The notes beneath the pieces are model-generated. The model was not told the DNA's origin. It made no database searches and saw only the letters and a list, made by a program, of their open reading frames with translations. A program made the translations under genes and the position numbers. A DNA stretch of 64,000 bases from Acidobacteriota bacterium (lineage in GTDB: Bacteria; Actinomycetota; Acidimicrobiia; Spongiisociales; UBA5794): NCBI GenBank assembly GCA_022562055.1, contig JADFQA010000009.1:17255-81254 (forward strand), written 5' to 3'. Of the stretch, positions 57,525 to 64,000 are shown one piece after another. How positions within the stretch are numbered: the first letter of the stretch is position 1; each line of letters opens with the position of its first letter.

Positions 57525-58157
57525 ATGAGTCTGTTAGACACACTCGGCCTGGGCGGGTTCAAAGGCTTCCCAGTCACGTTCAAGCAGATGTTCACGAAGA
57601 AAGTTACGCGCAAATACCCGCAAGAAAAGCGCGAGAAGCCACCGCGCTTCCACGGGCGGCATGTGCTCAACAGGTACGAAGACGGCATGGAAAAATGCAT
57701 CGGATGTGAGTTGTGCGCCGGGGTCTGCCCTGCCCGATGCATATACGTGCGTGGTGCTGACAACCCACCGGAGGCACCGATTAGCCCCGGCGAACGGTAC
57801 GGATTCGTCTACGAGATCAACATGCTCCGCTGTATCTTCTGTGGCCTGTGTGTCGAGGCGTGCCCGACGACCGCGATCACCATGACCCAGCTCTTCGAAA
57901 TGTCTGTGACCGACCGTGACGATGCGATCTACACAAAGGACATACTCCTCGTCGAGCCGGACGGCACACCAAATCACACCCAACCAGCCGGCCCGCTCAT
58001 CGATCTGAACGAACTCAAACTTGCTGACGGGTGGATGCGTGCAACGTCGCCATCGGGCCGGGCCGCGTACGAGGGAATCCCGCAGTGGCCGGGCTCTGCC
58101 GGCGTCGGCGTACGTGCGCCTGAGCAGGGCCAACACCCACAGGACGGTGATGCGTAG
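57525..58157 (+). CDS. nuoI: NADH-quinone oxidoreductase subunit I, with a C-terminal extension
   Basis: [12 protein letters not shown] and [12 protein letters not shown]; ATG at 57525. Confidence 0.97.
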   Translation: MSLLDTLGLGGFKGFPVTFKQMFTKKVTRKYPQEKREKPPRFHGRHVLNRYEDGMEKCIGCELCAGVCPARCIYVRGADNPPEAPISPGERYGFVYEINMLRCIFCGLCVEACPTTAITMTQLFEMSVTDRDDAIYTKDILLVEPDGTPNHTQPAGPLIDLNELKLADGWMRATSPSGRAAYEGIPQWPGSAGVGVRAPEQGQHPQDGDA

Positions 58158-58694
58158 ATGGACGTACGCGTCCTGGTCTTTGCAGTGTTCGCTGTCGCCG
58201 CGCTCAGCGGTGCAATCAGCATGGTGCTCGCCAAGAACCCCGTGTATTCGGCGTTCGGCCTGTTGTTGACAATGTTCTCGATTGCGGTGTTCTACATCAT
58301 GAATGACGCACACTTCGTGGCTGCGTTGCAGATTCTGATCTATGCGGGCGCAGTGATGACTCTGTTCCTCTTCGTCATCATGCTTGTCGGGGTCGACACC
58401 TCCGACGAAGCCGAGGAACACATCCGTTTCCAGCGGCCCCTCGCAATGATTCTCGGATCAGGACTGGTGATACTCATCGTGTCCTCCGGTGTCCAGACCT
58501 GGGTAAATGCGGGCGCCCAAACGGGTCGCGGGTCGCTTGGGACAATCGAAAACGTCTCGGATGAGTTGTTTGGCACATGGTTGCTACCGTTCGAAGCAAC
58601 CATTTTCTTACTGACGATCGCCGCTGTTGGGACGATCGGACTTGCGCAGTTTGCCTCCAGACTGCGAGGCGTCGACGGAGAAGACAATGAGTGA
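58158..58694 (+). CDS. nuoJ: NADH-quinone oxidoreductase subunit J
   Basis: [25 protein letters not shown] and LLPFE. Confidence 0.96.
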   Translation: MDVRVLVFAVFAVAALSGAISMVLAKNPVYSAFGLLLTMFSIAVFYIMNDAHFVAALQILIYAGAVMTLFLFVIMLVGVDTSDEAEEHIRFQRPLAMILGSGLVILIVSSGVQTWVNAGAQTGRGSLGTIENVSDELFGTWLLPFEATIFLLTIAAVGTIGLAQFASRLRGVDGEDNE

Positions 58695-59001
58695 TCTAGC
58701 CGTCACTGCGGGTTGGTACATGACGCTTGCCGCGCTCCTGTTTTCCATCGGCGCCGTCGGGTTGCTGACTCGCCGTAACGCCCTGGTGATGTTTATGTCG
58801 ATAGAACTCATGTTGAACAGCGTGAACCTCACGTTTGTGGCTGTAGGCAAGGAGTTACGAACTCTCGAAGGCCAGATCGCAAGTCTGTTCGTGGTCGTTG
58901 TGGCCGCCGCGGAGGTCACCATAGGGCTTGCGATCATCGTTGCGGTGTTTCGTCACCGATCAACGGCGAGCGTCGACGAACTCTCAGAGATGAAGGGCTA
59001 G
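58687..59001 (+). CDS. nuoK: NADH-quinone oxidoreductase subunit K
   Basis: [14 protein letters not shown] and AAAEV.IGLA; ATG at 58687. Confidence 0.96.
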   Translation: MSDLAVTAGWYMTLAALLFSIGAVGLLTRRNALVMFMSIELMLNSVNLTFVAVGKELRTLEGQIASLFVVVVAAAEVTIGLAIIVAVFRHRSTASVDELSEMKG

Positions 59002-59004
59002 GGA

Positions 59005-60882
59005 GTGGTCGACTTCCTGTGGCTCGTTATCGCCCTGCCGCTGTTCGGCGCCGTCGTGCTGCTGCTTTTCGGGAAGCGGCTCGGCGAGCCAACCGCCGGC
59101 CGCATCGGGACGCTCATGGTCGCGACAAGTTTTCTCATCGCCGTTATCGCCGCACTGCCGGCGTTCGGCGGCGACATGCAAGCAGAGACCGTGTATCTGT
59201 TCGAGTGGATCCCGTCCCTCGGCGTGAACTTCTCGTTGTTATGGGACCCGCTCAGCGCAATGATGACTCTCGTGATCACCGGCGTCGGTACCCTGATTCA
59301 CATCTACGGTGCCGGATACATGCATGGTGACAAGCGGTTCGGACGCTTCTTCACCTACCTGAATCTATTCATTGTATCGATGCTGATCCTGGTGCTCGGG
59401 GACTCGTTCGCGACAATGTTTGTTGGGTGGGAACTGGTCGGGCTGAGTTCGTATCTGCTGATCTCCTTCTGGTTCGAGAAGCCGTCGGCGGCAGCTGCCG
59501 GCAAGAAAGCGTTCATTGTCAACCGCATTGGTGACTTCGGGTTTCTGATTGCACTCATGATCATCTTTGCGACGTTCGGGTCACTGTCTTACGAGACCGT
59601 TTTCGCCAACGCCAATAGCCTTCAAATCGGGGGCGGGACCGTTACCGCAATCACTCTGCTGCTCCTCGTCGGTGCCGCCGGGAAGTCGGCGCAGTTGCCG
59701 CTGTATGTATGGCTCCCGGACGCCATGGAGGGTCCGACGCCAGTATCGGCGCTCATCCACGCGGCAACGATGGTCACCGCGGGTGTGTACATGATCGCCA
59801 GGTCGGCGTCGTTGTTTTCCATTGCCCCCGTGTCGTCTGGTGTGGTTGCCACCGTTGGGGCCCTTACGGCGTTGTTTGCGGCAACGATCGCGGTTGGCCA
59901 ACGTGACATCAAACGGGTTTTGGCGTACTCGACGATCAGTCAGCTCGGTTACATGTTCATGGCGGTCGGTGCCGGAGCATACGTTGCCGGAGCATTTCAC
60001 TTGCTCACACATGCATTCTTCAAGGCGCTTCTGTTCCTCGGTGCCGGCGCTGTGATCCACGGGATGGGAGACGAACAAGACATGCGCAAGATGGGTGGGC
60101 TGCGCAAGGCAATGCCGGTGACGTTTGTCACAATGGCTGTCGGTTGGCTGGCCATCTCCGGCATCCCGCCGTTTGCGGGCTTCTGGTCAAAGGACGAAAT
60201 CCTCGCAATCACCTACGGCAAGGGTGGTGCGTGGATTGCACTGTGGGCGATCGGCATTGTGACTGCGGCCCTCACCGCGTTTTACATGTCGCGTCTCATG
60301 TTTCTCACATTTTGGGGCGAACCGCGCTGGGAGGCCGGTGTAGAGCCGCATGAATCCCCTCGGTCGATGACCCTGCCGCTCGTCGTTCTGGCGGCGTTCT
60401 CCGCAGGTATTGGTCTGCTCAACACGCCGTTCAAGCCGTCGCTCGAACACTTTCTTGAGCCAGCGTTCGAAACTGTGCGCGCAGCCCATCTGCCCGAAGG
60501 CACGACACCGTGGCTGCTCGCCGGCGTATCGGTGTTCGTCGCGATTGTTGGGATCGCGTTCGCCTACCGGCGATACGTCGTGCGTGAGGTGCCGGCCGAG
60601 GACGGGCCACGATGGGATTTGCTCGAAGATGGCTATCGCGTCGACGAACTCTACGGTCGAACGATCGTGCTTCCAGGTAAGGCCGTTGCGAACGTCGCAG
60701 CGTTTACCGCCGATGTGAAGGGTGTCGACGGGTTTGTCAACGGTGTCGGTGCTGCCGCGAAGAAGGTTGCGGCAGCGGCGACGCGGCTTCAGACAGGACA
60801 GGTGCGATCTTACGGATCCGGAATGTTCATCGGCACCATTGCGCTCATCGTATGGTTCTTGGTGCGGGGAGGGGCGTTCTAG
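59005..60882 (+). CDS. nuoL: NADH-quinone oxidoreductase subunit L
   Basis: GKSAQLPL..WLPDAMEGPTPVSALIHAATMVTAG and LAYSTISQLG. Confidence 0.97.
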   Translation: MVDFLWLVIALPLFGAVVLLLFGKRLGEPTAGRIGTLMVATSFLIAVIAALPAFGGDMQAETVYLFEWIPSLGVNFSLLWDPLSAMMTLVITGVGTLIHIYGAGYMHGDKRFGRFFTYLNLFIVSMLILVLGDSFATMFVGWELVGLSSYLLISFWFEKPSAAAAGKKAFIVNRIGDFGFLIALMIIFATFGSLSYETVFANANSLQIGGGTVTAITLLLLVGAAGKSAQLPLYVWLPDAMEGPTPVSALIHAATMVTAGVYMIARSASLFSIAPVSSGVVATVGALTALFAATIAVGQRDIKRVLAYSTISQLGYMFMAVGAGAYVAGAFHLLTHAFFKALLFLGAGAVIHGMGDEQDMRKMGGLRKAMPVTFVTMAVGWLAISGIPPFAGFWSKDEILAITYGKGGAWIALWAIGIVTAALTAFYMSRLMFLTFWGEPRWEAGVEPHESPRSMTLPLVVLAAFSAGIGLLNTPFKPSLEHFLEPAFETVRAAHLPEGTTPWLLAGVSVFVAIVGIAFAYRRYVVREVPAEDGPRWDLLEDGYRVDELYGRTIVLPGKAVANVAAFTADVKGVDGFVNGVGAAAKKVAAAATRLQTGQVRSYGSGMFIGTIALIVWFLVRGGAF

Positions 60883-62460
60883 ATGTTCCCCGTCCTTGCC
60901 TTCCTCGTCGGCCTCCCAGTTCTGGCAGCGGTTGCGGTTGCGCTCATACCAAAGTCGCGCAGCGAACTGCTGCTGCCTGTCGCGTTCGGTCTCAGTCTGC
61001 TCCCACTCGCAGTCGCCGGGTACATGGTTTGGACGTTTGACCCGGTCGGTGGCTTCCAATGGACCGAATCGATCATTTGGATAGACCGTCTACGGATCGG
61101 GTGGACAGTCGGGGTCGATGGCATCTCGCTATTTCTCGTCGCGTTGACGGCGCTCCTCTTTCCGCTGTCGGTCCTCGCATCGGCGAACATCACGGATCGT
61201 CTCAAGGGTTACCTAATCTCGCTGTTTGTTCTCGAAACTGGTGTGCTCGGGGTGTTCATCGTCCTCGACCTCGCGCTTTTCTTCGTCTTTTTCGAGATCG
61301 TGCTGATTCCGATGTTCTTTATGATTGGAATCTGGGGCAGCTCGAACCGCCGTTACGCGGCGGTGAAGTTTTTCATCTACACCGCTTTCGGCTCCGCATT
61401 TCTACTGGCGGCGATCATCGCCCTCGCCAACAATGCCGGACCCACCCTCCAGACGGTCACGTATCAATGGAGCGAGCTGCTCACCGTCCCCATGTCGACC
61501 ACGATGGAGACGTGGTTGTTCTTCGGCTTTGCGATTGCGTTTGCAATCAAGGTTCCGCTCTTCCCGCTGCACACGTGGCTACCCGATGCGCACACCGAGG
61601 CACCGACCGCGGGGTCGGTGCTGCTGGCAGGCGTGATGCTGAAAATGGGGACGTACGGGTTTATCCGGTTCAACCTGACGTTGTTCCCCAACGCAACCGT
61701 GAAATACGGGAAGTGGGTGGCGTTGGTTGCGGTGATCGGCATTGTGTACGCAGCGCTCGTTGCCGTCGTCCAACCCGATGTGAAGCGCCTCGTTGCGTAC
61801 TCGTCGGTCAGCCACCTCGGGTTCATTGTGCTCGGCACATTTGCACTGACACTTTCCAGCGTGCAGGGCGGACTCATCCAAATGGTGAACCACGGGCTGT
61901 CTACCGGTGCACTTTTCCTCCTCATCGGGATGATCTACCAGCGCACCCACACACGAAAAATTGCTGACTACGGTGGGCTTGCGAGCACGATGCCGGTGTT
62001 CTCCGGCTTCTTCCTGTTCGCCGTTTTCGCCTCGATCGGTCTACCCGGGCTCAACGGTTTCGTCGGCGAATTCAAGATTCTGGTCGGTTCCTGGCAGACC
62101 TTCCCGCTGCTGACGGTTGTTGCGACATCAGGTGTTGTGCTTGCAGCTATCTACCTTTTGTGGGCATACGAGCGGATGTTCACAGGCGCGCCCGGCAAGG
62201 CCAACAAAGATCTTGAGGACCTCAACGGGCGTGAGATCGCCATCCTTGTTCCGATCGTTGCGCTGATTCTTTTCCTTGGCATCTATCCAAAACCCGTCCT
62301 TGATCGGATGGAGAACGATGTGAACGCGGTGATTACCCGGATCGAGCAAGTCACCGGGTACGAACGTCCAACGTTCGACCTCGAGGGTCGCATATTGAGT
62401 GGTGTCTCTGAGGATCCAGACAACCCAACCTCGGACGATTCTGAAGAGGTGGGTGAGTAG
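60883..62460 (+). CDS. nuoM: NADH-quinone oxidoreductase subunit M
   Basis: GVDGIS, KVPLFPLHTWLPDAHTEAPT, LKMGTYG and LPGLNGFVGEF. Confidence 0.97.
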   Translation: MFPVLAFLVGLPVLAAVAVALIPKSRSELLLPVAFGLSLLPLAVAGYMVWTFDPVGGFQWTESIIWIDRLRIGWTVGVDGISLFLVALTALLFPLSVLASANITDRLKGYLISLFVLETGVLGVFIVLDLALFFVFFEIVLIPMFFMIGIWGSSNRRYAAVKFFIYTAFGSAFLLAAIIALANNAGPTLQTVTYQWSELLTVPMSTTMETWLFFGFAIAFAIKVPLFPLHTWLPDAHTEAPTAGSVLLAGVMLKMGTYGFIRFNLTLFPNATVKYGKWVALVAVIGIVYAALVAVVQPDVKRLVAYSSVSHLGFIVLGTFALTLSSVQGGLIQMVNHGLSTGALFLLIGMIYQRTHTRKIADYGGLASTMPVFSGFFLFAVFASIGLPGLNGFVGEFKILVGSWQTFPLLTVVATSGVVLAAIYLLWAYERMFTGAPGKANKDLEDLNGREIAILVPIVALILFLGIYPKPVLDRMENDVNAVITRIEQVTGYERPTFDLEGRILSGVSEDPDNPTSDDSEEVGE

Positions 62461-63947
62461 TGGGAAACATTGCATTCCTCCCCATTGGTCTTGAAGTCGG
62501 TCTGCTGGTTGGTGCGGTCACGGTCCTCATGGTGGCTGTGACGATGGATCTTGGCGCCCGCGTATGGGCGTACGTTGCCGCAACTTCAATCGGATTCGGT
62601 TTCGCCATTTCCGTCCGCCAGTGGATCGTTGTAGGGGAGAGGGGTCCGTCGCTTGCGTTCGGCACCCAGGGTCCAGACGGGTCGGCCGTCGCGAACCAGA
62701 TGGTCGCCCTTGATCGGTTCAGCGCACTCGGCGGGATGATCTTGATGGTTGTGGTTGCGCTCGCCCTCGCCGGTGGGTGGGAACTTGTGAAGGAACTCGG
62801 CGATAGAGGGGCAGAGTTCGTCGTGCTCGTCCTGTTGTCAGCCGCGGGTATGCACATGATGATCTCCGCGGCCAACCTCGTCATGCTGTTCGTCGGGCTT
62901 GAGACGGCCTCGATCGCTCTCTACGTAATCGCCGGCTTCCTCCGTGACCGGCGCGGCTCGGACGAGGCCGCAATGAAGTACTTCTTGATGGGGTCGTTTG
63001 CGTCGGCTTTGTTCATCTACGGCGTGGCCCTGGTCTTTGCGGGTACCGGGTCGACATCGCTCTACGGTGCCACGTCCATCGGGATATTCCTCAATGAAAA
63101 CGTGGTACCTGACCCCGGGATTCTGCTGATAGGCATAGCGCTGATCATTGTTGGGCTTGGGTTCAAGATCTCCGCAGCGCCATTCCACCAGTGGGCGCCG
63201 GACGTCTACCAAGGGGCCAGCACGAGCGCGGTTGCGTTCATGTCGACAGGTGTGAAGGTGGCGGCTGTCGCCGCTCTGGTCCGCATCATGTACGTCGGCT
63301 TTTTCAGCTTCTACGACACCTGGTCCGGTGCCGTCGCAATCATCGCGGCACTGTCGATAGTCGTCGGCACCTTCACCGCGATCGCCCAGACCGACATCAA
63401 ACGCATGCTCGCGTACTCGGGCATTGCCCACGCAGGCTTTTTGCTGATTGGGGTGCTGAGCGCCCGCGTCGATCTCGGAGCCATGTGGTTCTACGTCGCA
63501 ACCTATACAGTGAGCCTGGTGGGTGCTCTAACGATCGTGTCGCTGGTCGCCGGTCCGAGTTCGGGTCCGGTGCCTATCGACACGTTCCGCGGCCTCGGTA
63601 AACGGTCGCCGTTTCTTGCAATGTCTCTTGCGGCGTTTATGTTTTCAATGGCCGGTATACCTGCAACCGCGGGCTTCGTCGGGAAGTTCACCATATTCAC
63701 TGGAGCAGATCTCTTGGGATTCCGTTGGCTTGTAGTGCTTGCGCTAGTGGCTTCGGTGGCGGGTATGTTCTTCTACCTGCGTATCATCGTGGTCGCTTTC
63801 TTTGATGATGCCGAAGACGAGGAGATGCTATCAGCACCGAGAGTCCCGAAACTTGCCATCGGATTCTCCGTCTTTGCAACGGTGCTACTTGGTCTTTGGC
63901 CTGCTCTGCTGCTGGACTTCGCACGTGAGGCCCTTCCGCATCTCTAG
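62460..63947 (+). CDS. nuoN: NADH-quinone oxidoreductase subunit N
   Basis: EAAMKYFLMG, FKISAAPFHQWAPDVYQG, KRMLAYS and AGIP.TAGF.GKF. Confidence 0.97.
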   Translation: MGNIAFLPIGLEVGLLVGAVTVLMVAVTMDLGARVWAYVAATSIGFGFAISVRQWIVVGERGPSLAFGTQGPDGSAVANQMVALDRFSALGGMILMVVVALALAGGWELVKELGDRGAEFVVLVLLSAAGMHMMISAANLVMLFVGLETASIALYVIAGFLRDRRGSDEAAMKYFLMGSFASALFIYGVALVFAGTGSTSLYGATSIGIFLNENVVPDPGILLIGIALIIVGLGFKISAAPFHQWAPDVYQGASTSAVAFMSTGVKVAAVAALVRIMYVGFFSFYDTWSGAVAIIAALSIVVGTFTAIAQTDIKRMLAYSGIAHAGFLLIGVLSARVDLGAMWFYVATYTVSLVGALTIVSLVAGPSSGPVPIDTFRGLGKRSPFLAMSLAAFMFSMAGIPATAGFVGKFTIFTGADLLGFRWLVVLALVASVAGMFFYLRIIVVAFFDDAEDEEMLSAPRVPKLAIGFSVFATVLLGLWPALLLDFAREALPHL

Positions 63948-63959
63948 GTCGTCTCGGCA

Positions 63960-63974
63960 CCTCCGCTCCGGAGG
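63960..63974 (+). terminator. Short hairpin after nuoN
   Basis: CCTCCG-CTC-CGGAGG; short stem and no U-tract. Confidence 0.35.
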
Positions 63975-64000
63975 CCTTCGTTGGAAGCAGTGGCTCGGGC

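Noticed and set aside
57534-62884. Long antisense or off-frame ORFs over nuo genes (e.g. 57534..58421, 60187..61059, 61059..61967)
   Set aside because: These are shadow ORFs expected from high-GC codon bias opposite or overlapping well-supported genes. The same applies to most other short ORFs in the track.

Overview
This is a ~60% GC actinobacterial chromosomal segment. The gene set (mshA, rsiG, rex, nrdJ, split b6-type cytochrome b, nuoA-N) best fits class Acidimicrobiia, which is an inference. From left to right it contains: a cycloalternan/CNN catabolic module (sugar-binding protein, GH31, GH15); class II ribonucleotide reductase with tandem NrdR boxes and DnaA boxes; a beta-propeller lipoprotein; an acyl-CoA synthetase; fused IS3/IS30 remnants truncating a DUF11 surface-protein gene; a thiI-channel-Clp1 kinase operon; an M23-rsiG-asparaginase-GNAT-mshA-ybjN block; a Fluc fragment; a MoaD-membrane fusion; the homogentisate pathway; HMG-CoA lyase; a divergent SAM-hydrolase-family gene; rex; a large respiratory locus; and a complete nuoA-N operon. 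The most striking system is at 36.7-45.5 kb. A b6-type Rieske/cytochrome b complex (heme-ci Cys, split cytochrome b, co-encoded 2x[4Fe-4S] ferredoxin, oversized di-heme cytochrome c, Flp-pilin-like accessory protein) is transcribed divergently from a cbb3 CcoN-CcoO fusion that has lost all six heme/CuB histidines. An adjacent cytochrome c shares a short, apparently unnamed helical motif with subunit IV of the bc complex. I saw no rRNA, tRNA or CRISPR array. All family assignments come from motif recognition by eye, not from database searches.
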